Program-made: the position numbers and the translations under genes
NCBI RefSeq assembly: GCF_000146505.1
Contig: NC_017448.1
Span: 810,001 to 842,000 of the forward strand
DNA from: Fibrobacter succinogenes subsp. succinogenes S85
Lineage (GTDB): Bacteria > Fibrobacterota > Fibrobacteria > Fibrobacterales > Fibrobacteraceae
DNA length: 32,000 bases
Direction: 5' to 3'
Shown here: positions 7,835 to 17,708 of the stretch, piece by piece
Position numbering within the stretch: the stretch's first letter is position 1
Layout: each line of letters opens with the position of its first letter
Notes under the pieces: model-generated
Database searches by the model: none
The model's input: the letters and a program-made list of their open reading frames with translations, nothing else
What the model was told of the DNA's origin: nothing

Positions 7835-9031
7835 TCAATGCAAAAAAGAACGCATTTTCCAAATTACAGACGGGCAGGACCAAAGTACCGCCCAGAAAAT
7901 TCTTAGCAGAGTCTGCTTTTCACGCGGGAGCTTCGAGAGGCGCTTTGCCGCCTTGTCAAACTGTTCATCCTTGATTTTCGCAAGCCCTGGCTTTGCCCTT
8001 GCAATCTGCAAATGAGACTTTCCAAGCTTAGCCATCCAGCGGTCAAGGACAGAAGCTTCAATACGGGAACGAGCAGCATCGTCCGATGCATTGAGCCATT
8101 CATGAACAGCCTCGGCCACAATTTTTCCGCTCAGCAAAGCTTCGACAATTCCAGAACGGCTCAACGGATTCACGCAACTTGCAGCATCGCCCGCCTTAAA
8201 CAGACCACACTTGGCAAGCGGCTTATCGGACTGCCCACAGGCAATCATACCACCGTAAATCGCCTTCACCTTTGCATTCGGGTAATGCGTTGCAATAAAG
8301 TGCTTGAGCTTTTCACGCAATGGCATATCCGGTTTTGCATCCTTCGAAAGTACAAAACCGACATTCACTTCCTTGCCATCACGCGGGAAAATCCAGCCAT
8401 AACCGCCTGGGAATTCACTCCCATAAAGCAAATCGATATGATCGCGGTCGTGTTCAATCCCTTCGGCTACTGCAAAAATGCCCGGTTCCAAATCGGTATC
8501 CCCCGATTCAATCCCTTCAAGGCATGGGATTCCACGCGTCAAACGGCACCCGGGGCCACTAGCGTCTATAAATGCATCTGCTGAAAGTGAAAAAAACTCT
8601 TTGCCCACCTGAACATTCAAATTCCAGCCGTTTTCAGTCTTTTCAATGCTTTTCACAAGCGCATCAAAACGGCATTCCACGCCAGATTCTACGCAAGCAT
8701 CGGCTATCGCATGGTGGAACTTTGAACGGTCAAGCAAGCGGCCGCAGTCTTTACTATAAAATTCAGCCTTGTAACCCTTAGGCGATGTAAAATAGATGCC
8801 CGAAAGGCTCCCACGCACCCAGGATTCATCAATAGGCCAAAGTTCGTTCAAACGGTGCGTAGATACGGCTTCTGCACAAAAAATGGGCTCTTTCCAAGGC
8901 TCTTTTTTATCCAGAAGTAGGATTTGTCCATCACCACCCGTCAATTTTCCAAGCTGGTAAGCGGCCATAAGACCGGCCGGACCTGCCCCGCAGATCACCA
9001 CTTTGTAAGAATTTGAACGAAAACAAGTCAT
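7835..9031 (-). CDS. FAD-dependent oxidoreductase, geranylgeranyl-reductase family
   Basis: N-terminal Rossmann dinucleotide motif VVICGAGPAGLMAAYQL, followed by GGYGWIFP and GDAASCVNPLSRSGI, as in geranylgeranyl reductase-like flavoproteins. Confidence 0.75.
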   Translation of the reverse strand: MTCFRSNSYKVVICGAGPAGLMAAYQLGKLTGGDGQILLLDKKEPWKEPIFCAEAVSTHRLNELWPIDESWVRGSLSGIYFTSPKGYKAEFYSKDCGRLLDRSKFHHAIADACVESGVECRFDALVKSIEKTENGWNLNVQVGKEFFSLSADAFIDASGPGCRLTRGIPCLEGIESGDTDLEPGIFAVAEGIEHDRDHIDLLYGSEFPGGYGWIFPRDGKEVNVGFVLSKDAKPDMPLREKLKHFIATHYPNAKVKAIYGGMIACGQSDKPLAKCGLFKAGDAASCVNPLSRSGIVEALLSGKIVAEAVHEWLNASDDAARSRIEASVLDRWMAKLGKSHLQIARAKPGLAKIKDEQFDKAAKRLSKLPREKQTLLRIFWAVLWSCPSVIWKMRSFLH

Positions 9032-9155
9032 TTCAACGTAAAATTAGTATTTATTTGGTCAGTTTTTATTTTTCATTGTTAGTTTTGCAATTTTTTTAGT
9101 TATTTTAGGGCTATCCGTTATTTGATTTACTTTTTTTCATAAAGGGAATTTGACT

Positions 9156-10469
9156 ATGAATATGAAGAACGTCTATAAATTTGGTCTCTGCCTCCTTGGT
9201 GCACTCGCGCTCAACGTGTCTGCACAGGACTTCAGAGGTAAAGAACTGAATACATCCTTCCGCGACAAGCGTATCGACAACTATCAGTTCCAGAAGGCAA
9301 GAGCTGTCAAGGGCGTTACGGACTTCCAGCGCTCTGCCGGTGAATCTCCGGACTTCGAAGGCGCAAACCTTCCCGAAGTCTCTTTCCGCAATGCCGTGAT
9401 TAGCGGCGCCAACTTCGAAGGTGCAAACCTCAAGGGTGCAACGATTAGCGGCGCAGACATTCGTTCTGCAAGCTTCGAAGGCGCAAACCTCGAAGGCGCA
9501 AACCTCTATCGTGCAACTCTTCTTGATAGCAAATTCCCGAAGGCCAACCTCAAGAACGCTCGTCTCGATGCCATGAAGGTCTCTGACGAATGCGACTTCA
9601 GCAAGGCTGACCTCACCCAGGCTTCCGTGATGGACATGGACCTTACCAATGCTGACTTCAGCAAGGCAAACCTCACCAACACGAACTTCTCCCGTTCCTT
9701 GATGGCTAACAGCGACCTCCGCAAGACCACCATGGAAAAGACGGACTTCACAGCTTGCAACCTCATCGCTGCAAACTTCTCCGGTGTGAAGCTCAACAAC
9801 GTGAACTTTGCTAAGGCAGGTCTTTCTCAGGCTGAATTCGGTGGAGCAACGTTCAACAACGTGAACCTCCAGGAAGCAGACCTTTCCTTGACCACCTTCA
9901 ATGACGTGGACCTCTCCAGAACACAGCTCCAGAAGGCCAAGTTCGCTCAGTCCAAGGTCAAGAACATGAAGTTCACCAACCAGGACTTGAACGGCGTCAT
10001 CTTCGACAAGGGCGACGTTTCCAAGAGCTCTTTCGACAAGACCAAGCTCAACAAGGCTTCCTTCTTCGATGCAAGCGTCAGCAAGAACGTGTTCAACTAC
10101 GCTGAACTCATGAAGGCTGTGTTCGACGGTGCCTACGTTTTCAAGGATATCTTTGATAACGCAGACCTCACCAAGGCAAACTTTGCAAACTCCACCATCG
10201 AACGCTCTGCATTCAACAATGCCCAGCTCTCCGGTGCAAACTTCTCTGGTGCAAAGCTCATCAAGGTAACCTTCCTCAATGCTAAGATGGAAGGTGTCAA
10301 GATCGACGCAGACACCAAGATGGAAGACGTGGACTTCTCCGGTGCAGACTTGACCGGTGCAAAGATTGAAAAGTTCACCGCCAAGAAGGTGACTTACAAC
10401 GAAAGAACCAAGTTCCCCAGCGGTTTCGATCCGCGCGCATATGGTTTCAGAAGACCGGGCGAAAAATAA
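9156..10469 (+). CDS. secreted pentapeptide-repeat protein
   Basis: ATG at 9156 after AAAGGGA. Signal peptide LCLLGALALNVSA. Most of the protein is A(D/N)LxX pentapeptide repeats (FEGANLKGATISGADIRSASFEGANLEGANLYRATL...). Confidence 0.85.
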   Translation: MNMKNVYKFGLCLLGALALNVSAQDFRGKELNTSFRDKRIDNYQFQKARAVKGVTDFQRSAGESPDFEGANLPEVSFRNAVISGANFEGANLKGATISGADIRSASFEGANLEGANLYRATLLDSKFPKANLKNARLDAMKVSDECDFSKADLTQASVMDMDLTNADFSKANLTNTNFSRSLMANSDLRKTTMEKTDFTACNLIAANFSGVKLNNVNFAKAGLSQAEFGGATFNNVNLQEADLSLTTFNDVDLSRTQLQKAKFAQSKVKNMKFTNQDLNGVIFDKGDVSKSSFDKTKLNKASFFDASVSKNVFNYAELMKAVFDGAYVFKDIFDNADLTKANFANSTIERSAFNNAQLSGANFSGAKLIKVTFLNAKMEGVKIDADTKMEDVDFSGADLTGAKIEKFTAKKVTYNERTKFPSGFDPRAYGFRRPGEK

Positions 10470-10490
10470 ATCCTTTTGAATAACGGAAAC

Positions 10491-10536
10491 GAGGGACGCT
10501 CATCGAGCGCCCCTTTTCTTTTGCGCCAAAGGCGCC
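10491..10536. terminator. terminator region between convergent genes
   Basis: Hairpin GGGACGCTC-atc-GAGCGCCCC (one mismatch) followed by TTTTCTTTT, then a second small hairpin GCGCC-aaa-GGCGC. Confidence 0.5.
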
Positions 10537-11928
10537 CTACTTCTTGTCCATGAGCCAGCTAATGGCTTCGGATAGCGAATGCACTCGCACGACCTTCATC
10601 GAACCCATATTTTCAGAAAGCTTGCAGCTCGCAGGCACAACCGCCTCAGTCATCCCCAAGCGGCTCGCTTCCTTGAGCCTCTGGTCCAGAAGACTCACGC
10701 CTCGCACCTCGCCCGACAGTCCAAGCTCGCCAATCGCAATCGTCTGCCGTGAAAGCGGGATACCCAAATGGTTACTTGCGACAGCTAGCGCAAGAGCCAA
10801 ATCCGAAGAAGCATCATTCACCTTCATGCCTCCAGCAATACTTGCAAACACATCCGAGGCGCCAATCGTCACGCCGCCAAACTTTTCCAAAAGCGCAAGA
10901 ATAATTGTAAGACGCTTTGGGTCAATGCCGGCCGCCACGCGCTGAGGTACCGCAAAATTAGTCTGATTCACCAAAGCCTGCGTTTCAAACAGAAGCGCCC
11001 GAGACCCTTCCATGGTACAGCAGACAGCACTTCCCGGAGTCGGAGGAACGCCCTCCTGCAAAAAGACCTTGCTCGGATTCAACACAGGGTTCAGCCCGTG
11101 GCTAGTCATTTCAAAAACGCCGATTTCATCGGTTGCACCAAAACGGTTCTTGATAGTCCGCAAAAGTCTATACTGGTGATTCCGGTCGCCCTCAAAGTAC
11201 ACGACCGTATCGACCATGTGCTCCAAGATTCTCGGACCGGCAATTTGCCCGTCCTTCGTTACATGCCCAATGAGAATCGTGATGCATCCAGAATTTTTTG
11301 CAAAGACCATCAAGTCTAGAGTACATTCACGCAATTGCGTTGCGCAACCAGGCGTTCCCGAAAGGTCGCTCTTGTAAACTGTCTGAATAGAGTCAATCAC
11401 AAGCACCTGAGGCTTTACCTCTTTGGCCTGCTCCAAAATTTTTTCAAGATTCGTTTCGCAAAGGAGCATCATGTCACTCCCCGAAACATTCAAACGCTCG
11501 CTACGGAGTTTCACCTGGCATGCGCTCTCTTCGCCACTCACGTACAGAGCCTTGACTCCCGCCGCATTCATGGTCGCAAGCGTCGTAAGCACAAGCGTTG
11601 ACTTGCCAATTCCCGGATCGCCACCAATCAGCACCAAGCTTCCCGGTGCAAAACCACCTCCAAGCACACGGTCAAATTCAGAATTCGCAGTACTCAAGCG
11701 GCGCGTATCTTCCGCTGCAACATCCTTGAGCAGTACCACCTTATGAACCGGGCCGCCAAGCCCACGCCCCGTACGCCCAGCGCCATCCGTGATCCGTTCA
11801 ATGACATGTTCCTTAAGCGAGCTCCACGCTCCACAAAACGGACACTTGCCCGCCCACTTCGGAGTCGTATTGCCACATTCCGTACAGAGATATTCAATTT
11901 CTTTCTTAGACTTATTTACTGCTACCAT
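10537..11928 (-). CDS. radA: DNA repair protein RadA/Sms
   Basis: N-terminal zinc finger CTECGNTTPKWAGKCPFCGAW, Walker A GGDPGIGKST, the KNRFG motif and a Lon-protease-like C-terminal domain. ATG at 11928. Confidence 0.95.
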   Translation of the reverse strand: MVAVNKSKKEIEYLCTECGNTTPKWAGKCPFCGAWSSLKEHVIERITDGAGRTGRGLGGPVHKVVLLKDVAAEDTRRLSTANSEFDRVLGGGFAPGSLVLIGGDPGIGKSTLVLTTLATMNAAGVKALYVSGEESACQVKLRSERLNVSGSDMMLLCETNLEKILEQAKEVKPQVLVIDSIQTVYKSDLSGTPGCATQLRECTLDLMVFAKNSGCITILIGHVTKDGQIAGPRILEHMVDTVVYFEGDRNHQYRLLRTIKNRFGATDEIGVFEMTSHGLNPVLNPSKVFLQEGVPPTPGSAVCCTMEGSRALLFETQALVNQTNFAVPQRVAAGIDPKRLTIILALLEKFGGVTIGASDVFASIAGGMKVNDASSDLALALAVASNHLGIPLSRQTIAIGELGLSGEVRGVSLLDQRLKEASRLGMTEAVVPASCKLSENMGSMKVVRVHSLSEAISWLMDKK

Positions 11929-11979
11929 GAGCACTAATATAACAAAAGCACCATGTCAAAAGGTGTCATTATACAAAAA

Positions 11980-12004
11980 TTTCCCGTCCATAAGAACGGG
12001 AAAT
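11980..12004 (-). terminator. intrinsic terminator of the c-di-GMP protein gene
   Basis: Minus-strand hairpin TTTCCCGT-tcttatgg-ACGGGAAA followed by TTTTTGT, about 25 nt after the stop codon. Confidence 0.6.
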
Positions 12005-12027
12005 GACTTTTTTTCATGGAGTTTTTT

Positions 12028-15000
12028 TTATTGAAACTCTTTTTTCGCGTGAGTAATATCCGAAACGGTAATGATGTACTTGTCAGAACCATTATACAGC
12101 GGTTTCGCTCGTACAAACTTTACATGCCCATCATCAAGCGTCAGCGTTCTGCCATACGTTTCACCAGAAGCACTCCGCATCTTCGCTATTTCCATGAATT
12201 TTTCGGCCGTACAGACCGGCATCTGGAACAGCTTGCAAAGATTGTCCATAGAATCCGAAATCGTCCTTTGAACATACATCGGTTTTCCTTCAAGGCAAGA
12301 AAGACTCAACAGCCTATCCGTATTTCCATCGAGATAAATGATTTGGTCATACAGATTCATAACGACAGCATCCGTCAATTCCTTGTAGGCTTCGACATCC
12401 GTATCGTTTTCATTCTGGAGTTTCAAAATCACGTCACCCGTATCCGGGTCTGCCATCATGTCAAAAGTCGATTTGATGGAGAACCATCCATTCTTCAAAT
12501 TATAATTCAAGTTCAGCGAAGGAACGGCCCGCTTATTTGCATAAGCAAGAATCAATTTTTCACGAGTGTAGCTTGACGTTTTCTGGATATTTACACTATC
12601 CTTTGACATCAATTCCACCAAATAGTCAAAGTGGGCGTCATAAGTGTACTTACCCGTAAGTTCTTTCGGAATATACGAAATACCGTCCATCCTGATTACC
12701 GGCGAATTCCTCGTGAGATTCCAGAACAAGTATCCCTTGTATCCCGGCTCATACGACTTGGTATGGGTCGCCTCACCAGACGCCATGAACAACTTGAAAG
12801 CGTTCTTTCGGCCAAAGTAATTTTTTAATGCCATATCGTCTTCGGAGACGAACACCGACAAAATGCGCCCATACGGAGTATCCCTAAAGTATCGCCCCAC
12901 ATGGTAAATACGCTTGACAAAACCCTTCTTGGTCCTGACTCTGTATGTCGTTTGTGAAGGCAGAGCACTCCTACTCCGGAACAGAGTTTCAAGAGTTTCA
13001 TCAACGGCAGCATAATCTTCTGGAAGAACAGCCCCCTCAAACTTATTACCCGCCAAGCTGCGGAAATCGTCAACGTTATCGCAATCAAAGATTTCTAGCG
13101 CACGGCCATTCACATACAGGATATCCCCACTGACAGCTTCCAAAAGGATAACTCCACCCGGGACGTATTCCATATAGTTCAGCGCAAGCTGGTGGAGCAC
13201 TTCCGTATTCTTGATAGCGCCATCGATCTTAGACTTGACCTGGTCCCTACTGGTTATGGGCGTATGGATAAACTGGTAGGCGCCTAGGCGCATCCCTTCT
13301 TTTGCGAGTTCCATGTTATCGGTCATCACGATAAACGGAATCTGGCATTCACGCTTTTCACCTCTAAACTTCTGGATAATCTTGAAACCGTCAATTTTCG
13401 GGAGATCCGCCGCAATCAACGCGAGCGAAATATGGTTACCGTATTCCAGCAAGAAATTGAGCACCTGTTCGCCATCCTCGGCAAGCAGCAAGTTGTAATT
13501 CGATCTCAAGACACTTTCAAGGAAAGCGCGGTTCTGCGGATTCATATCGGCAAGCAAGATTGTCTTTGCATCTGTCGGGAGCGACGTAATCTTACTACTC
13601 GATGAAGAGATATCAAAGGCACTCACATGCGTATTGCGTAGAGACATGTCATAAATGTGGTTACCTTCAATATCGGCAATCAAGCATCCGCTCAAAAAGA
13701 CATACGAACCACGAGCGGCATACGTTATTTCACGCGGGCCAGTATATGCAGCCTTTTCAGCTTCGTGAAGCGTGTAGTATGCAGGATCCTTTGGGTCATT
13801 GATAGCCTTTTCAACATCTTCAATATGGGCAAAGCCAAGGCTCGATATCTGCTCTTCGAACTGCTTGTTCACAAACAAGAACTTAAACAAGCCATCCTTA
13901 TAAGAGAGAATCCCCTTAGGAGAATCCACAAGGTAGTCTAAGCTTCCCAATTTGGAATAAACCACACGTGCATTATGGTCTTCGACAGCCATACCAATGG
14001 ATTCCATGTGTTTCATGGTATCCTTTAACGGCTGAGGTTTTCCGTAATAGTACCCCTGGACCTTTTCGCAACCGATGCCCTTCAAGAAATCCATCTGTTC
14101 CTTGGTCTCGACACCTTCGGCAAGAGTCTTTAGCCCAAGATTTTTCGCCATGCGAACCGTGGAACTGATAATCGTGCGAGAGGCATCGTTAAAGTTCGAA
14201 AGGAACGCCATGTCGATTTTTAGCTCATCGAACTTGTAATCCTTAAGCGTATTGAGCGAAGAGTATCCACTGCCAAAGTCGTCCATCCATACTTCGTAAC
14301 CGACCAAGCGGAATCTCTGGATTTCACTTCGAACATAGGAATCCGAAGCCATGATGCTTTCTGTAATTTCGACTCGGATGTATTCTCGGTCAATGCTGTA
14401 TTTTTCAAGAGCTCGTTCTACAACATCAAAGATATCGCAGCCGATAAAGTCCAAACGCGAAAGGTTAAAGGACACAGGGACAATCGGTTTGCCAGCATCC
14501 AGTTCCGCACGCATTTCCTTACAGACAATGTTAATGACGTGGCTATCAAGCTTATGGATCTGGCGAGATTCTTCGAGAGCGCCAATAAAGACCGCCGGAT
14601 TCAAAAAACCATATTGCGGATCCACCCAACGGGCCAGCGCTTCCATACCGCAGAAAGTTTCCGTAATCGTACGGACCACCGGCTGGTAGTAAACCTTGAT
14701 GTAGCCATTCTTTATAGCCTCGTCAATATGGTTTACCACGTAATTCTGCAGCACAAGCGCCTTGCGCAAATCCTCATCGTAATAGCGGACAAAGCTGTCG
14801 CTAGACGACTTCTGAACTTTACATGCAATCTTGGCCTTTTCGTTGGCATCGACCATCGTTTCAAATTCATCAATTTTAGAGATGCCAATGTTCACATCCA
14901 TCGAAATCTTGGAAACGACGCTCTTGACATATTTGCGGACTTCACAAAGCTTGTCCTCAATATTTTTCATGTCTGCAACGACCGTAAAATGGTCATTGGC

Positions 15001-15993
15001 TAAACGACAAATCAAGTTATTCGGGAATACTTTCTTTAGCGCCGCTGCGAAATTGAGCAAAAACTCATTACCCTTATCATAGCCATTCGCATTATTGTAG
15101 AGTTTCATCCCAACGATGTCAAAGAATGCGACAGAAGGCGTCCCGCCGGCAATCCGGATATCGGTAACATAGCTCTCTCCACGCATGCGGCAATATTCCA
15201 TATTCGGAAGACCCGTCAATGTATCAAAATAACGGTCCGTTCTTTCGCTAATCCTATGGAAAATTGCATCCTTGCCATGCCACTTGATTAAGGAAGCTTT
15301 CAAAATCAGGTCACCGCCCGTACGGGAATTCGGGACAAGGACTTCGCCCTTTTCAAGGACCTCTTCAAGGGTAATGAGCTGGACTTCATTAGGGTCAAAG
15401 AAATACTCTTCAAATGTGATGCCGGAATCAAAAGCTTTTACAGGCGTCCAGACCTTATCTACAGACGCACTGAGCATATAGATTTCATGAGTTTTGGCAT
15501 CGACAATGACAAAAGGCTCTACGCTGTCATTGTTCAAAAACTCAATCAAGCTGTTATCAAATTCATTACGGAAATTCTTGCACGTATCAAAAGCAGAGGT
15601 CACATCGTCGTAAACAACAATTGCACATTCCGAGCCATCATCCAAAACACGATGGTAACCTTGAGCATGCAATGTTCGGTATTCGTCCTTGCCATACAAT
15701 TTTTGACGGTAAACAACCTCGTAACGACCATCCTTGGATTTTGCGAATTCTTTAGCCTTAGTCGCCACAAAAACAATATCTTCGCGATGGACATCCCTGT
15801 ACATGTCCGTATCAAGGAATTTCAGCAAATCTTCGCGAGTACTACCAGGGGCCTGCCAACGAACAAGTCCATCAGAAACAAGAATAGTCTGAATATGACC
15901 ATCTACAAATCGGTAGACAGCAAGCGGAACTTCGGAATGCTCCAATTCATTCCGTATCCCCTCAGGAATCTTTTTTTCACCAGCATCAGACAT
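12028..15993 (-). CDS. multidomain c-di-GMP phosphodiesterase: PAS-like x2, degenerate GGDEF, EAL, PAS-like, atypical REC, PAS, unknown C-terminal region
   Basis: ATG at 15993 with GGAGG 9 nt upstream. The EAL domain (about 14017-14739) has all catalytic motifs: EALARW, SFNLS, VEITES, MDDFGSGYSSLNTL, LKIDMAF, LAEGVETKEQ, VQGYYYGKP. The GGDEF-like domain (about 14767-15240) starts DTLTGLPN but has RLANDHF in place of GGDEF. The REC domain (about 13207-13566) has LIAADLPKIDG and IVMTDN. Confidence 0.85.
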   Translation of the reverse strand: MSDAGEKKIPEGIRNELEHSEVPLAVYRFVDGHIQTILVSDGLVRWQAPGSTREDLLKFLDTDMYRDVHREDIVFVATKAKEFAKSKDGRYEVVYRQKLYGKDEYRTLHAQGYHRVLDDGSECAIVVYDDVTSAFDTCKNFRNEFDNSLIEFLNNDSVEPFVIVDAKTHEIYMLSASVDKVWTPVKAFDSGITFEEYFFDPNEVQLITLEEVLEKGEVLVPNSRTGGDLILKASLIKWHGKDAIFHRISERTDRYFDTLTGLPNMEYCRMRGESYVTDIRIAGGTPSVAFFDIVGMKLYNNANGYDKGNEFLLNFAAALKKVFPNNLICRLANDHFTVVADMKNIEDKLCEVRKYVKSVVSKISMDVNIGISKIDEFETMVDANEKAKIACKVQKSSSDSFVRYYDEDLRKALVLQNYVVNHIDEAIKNGYIKVYYQPVVRTITETFCGMEALARWVDPQYGFLNPAVFIGALEESRQIHKLDSHVINIVCKEMRAELDAGKPIVPVSFNLSRLDFIGCDIFDVVERALEKYSIDREYIRVEITESIMASDSYVRSEIQRFRLVGYEVWMDDFGSGYSSLNTLKDYKFDELKIDMAFLSNFNDASRTIISSTVRMAKNLGLKTLAEGVETKEQMDFLKGIGCEKVQGYYYGKPQPLKDTMKHMESIGMAVEDHNARVVYSKLGSLDYLVDSPKGILSYKDGLFKFLFVNKQFEEQISSLGFAHIEDVEKAINDPKDPAYYTLHEAEKAAYTGPREITYAARGSYVFLSGCLIADIEGNHIYDMSLRNTHVSAFDISSSSSKITSLPTDAKTILLADMNPQNRAFLESVLRSNYNLLLAEDGEQVLNFLLEYGNHISLALIAADLPKIDGFKIIQKFRGEKRECQIPFIVMTDNMELAKEGMRLGAYQFIHTPITSRDQVKSKIDGAIKNTEVLHQLALNYMEYVPGGVILLEAVSGDILYVNGRALEIFDCDNVDDFRSLAGNKFEGAVLPEDYAAVDETLETLFRSRSALPSQTTYRVRTKKGFVKRIYHVGRYFRDTPYGRILSVFVSEDDMALKNYFGRKNAFKLFMASGEATHTKSYEPGYKGYLFWNLTRNSPVIRMDGISYIPKELTGKYTYDAHFDYLVELMSKDSVNIQKTSSYTREKLILAYANKRAVPSLNLNYNLKNGWFSIKSTFDMMADPDTGDVILKLQNENDTDVEAYKELTDAVVMNLYDQIIYLDGNTDRLLSLSCLEGKPMYVQRTISDSMDNLCKLFQMPVCTAEKFMEIAKMRSASGETYGRTLTLDDGHVKFVRAKPLYNGSDKYIITVSDITHAKKEFQ

Positions 15994-16171
15994 AACCACA
16001 CGCCTCCGCAACGAAGGATTTTACATCCCATAACGGTCCAAAACTACTCCCCCTCCCTATGTTCCTCTAAAGGTTAAAAATAACCTTTATTTATTAAAAT
16101 AGCATAATTTTTTAAAATCCGCAAGTTTTGTGAAGTATTTTCGTATCAAAATTAAAATATTCATGCGATAG

Positions 16172-16203
16172 GAAACACAAAAATCCCGCACATCATGCGG
16201 GAT
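16172..16203 (-). terminator. intrinsic terminator of the SDR gene
   Basis: Minus-strand hairpin ATCCCGCA-tgatg-TGCGGGAT followed by TTTTGTGTTT. Confidence 0.6.
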
Positions 16204-16261
16204 TAACATTGGCCATTTAAGCAACTATAGTCAGATATAGGCAAAAAAGCAGAAAACGCGG

Positions 16262-16999
16262 TTAAGCGAAGACGTTGCGGCCAGCTTCTACAGCATCAGC
16301 AACGCTCTTGCCCACGTAATCCTGGGCGCTAAACCAGCGACCACTCTTCTTGTCGTCAAGGAGCACGCTCACGAGAGCGCCCGGAACAACCGTTTCCGGT
16401 GCATTTGGGGCATTCGGGCCGCCGAGATCCGTACGGAGCCAACCCGGATCCATCACATTCATCATCACATCGGTACCGTTCAGCTTGCAGGCAAAATCCT
16501 TCACGAACTTGGTAAGGGCAGCCTTTGCGCAGGCATAAGCGGCAAGTTCCGGTTCATTGGCGATACCGCTCGTCGTAAGCTGCATACGGCCAAAACCGCG
16601 CTTGATCATGCCCGGCAAGAAGTGATAGGCGATCTTTATCGGAGCAAAGAAGTTCACCGCCATCGCCTGGCGGAAATCATCCATTGTATTCGTCGTGTAA
16701 TCGGAAAAATAGTGGCTCATAAGGCCCGCGTTATTGAACACGAGGTCCACCTGCACGCCAAAAGAATCAATTTCAGCAAGGGCTGCTTCAATTTCAGCTT
16801 CATTTTCGAGATTGCAGCCCACAGCCTTCACCTGTACGCCATACGGTGCAAGTTCGGCAATTACCTTTTCGGCATGGCTCTTGTCGCGCCCCTGCAAGAT
16901 GAGGTTTGCACCGAGTTTAGCCATTTCAATAGCGATGAGGCGTCCGACACCACGGCATCCGCCCGTCACCAAACACCATTTTCCTTTTACATCAATCAT
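16262..16999 (-). CDS. short-chain dehydrogenase/reductase (SDR) family oxidoreductase
   Basis: TGGCRGVGRLIA cofactor-binding motif, NNAG, and a catalytic YxxxK (YACAKAAL). Confidence 0.85.
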   Translation of the reverse strand: MIDVKGKWCLVTGGCRGVGRLIAIEMAKLGANLILQGRDKSHAEKVIAELAPYGVQVKAVGCNLENEAEIEAALAEIDSFGVQVDLVFNNAGLMSHYFSDYTTNTMDDFRQAMAVNFFAPIKIAYHFLPGMIKRGFGRMQLTTSGIANEPELAAYACAKAALTKFVKDFACKLNGTDVMMNVMDPGWLRTDLGGPNAPNAPETVVPGALVSVLLDDKKSGRWFSAQDYVGKSVADAVEAGRNVFA

Positions 17000-17302
17000 T
17001 CCGTATCCCTTTGCGCTATGCGTGATAAATCTAATTGAAAAATAAACAATCCTTTTTAGGACAAGAACAACTCAATATGACAATTCTGTATACAAACGTA
17101 AAAATTCCAATCATTTGCCTCAGGGTTATTTCAAAACAAAATTCCCATTTTCAGGCAAAAAAAAGAGTTTTCTGGGGAAAATAAAGTTAACGTCGTTTTA
17201 TGACGTGATTTTTAAGAAAATCAAAAGATTTTAAACTTTTACGTCTTTTGCAAACTATCGCATGCACAAAAAATTTGCGCAATTACGTAAAATTAGCACC
17301 AG

Positions 17303-17668
17303 ATGAATTACGAGACGCTCCTACTACACGAAGCCATCAGGCTACTCATTATTTCAATCCGGCAACAGCGACGGCATACTCAGCAGTCACTATCCCTCGA
17401 ATCAGGAATTTCAAGGCAGTACATATCGCAGATGGAGTGTGGAAAACGAATACCGTCGCTAGACACGCTCTCGCAACTAGCCATCGCGCTCAAGACAAGC
17501 ATGGGTTCGCTCATGTCCGAGATGGACCGCATTTACCAACACCTTTTTTGGCAAAGCAAGACCGATCAAGTCGACAAAAATGATGATTTCTCAGCAAGGA
17601 ACGCCGCCGAGACACACAACCCAAGCCTAGAATACATCCACCGAGCGGGAGGGTTAGACAAGCCATAG
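17303..17668 (+). CDS. XRE-family helix-turn-helix transcriptional regulator
   Basis: IRQQRRHTQQSLSLESGISRQYISQMECGKRIPSLDTLSQLAIAL is a canonical HTH_3/Cro-C1 motif. The ~50-aa C-terminal tail could not be assigned. Confidence 0.75.
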   Translation: MNYETLLLHEAIRLLIISIRQQRRHTQQSLSLESGISRQYISQMECGKRIPSLDTLSQLAIALKTSMGSLMSEMDRIYQHLFWQSKTDQVDKNDDFSARNAAETHNPSLEYIHRAGGLDKP

Positions 17669-17708
17669 CCCTTAACAAAAAGCTTAAAATTTTCTATCTT
17701 TACTAGCC

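Noticed and set aside
9300-10400. Strong short-period DNA periodicity and repeated GCAAACCT/GAAGG segments in the 9.3-10.4 kb region.
   Set aside because: It is fully explained by the pentapeptide-repeat coding sequence (FEGANL... units), so it is not an independent DNA repeat element.
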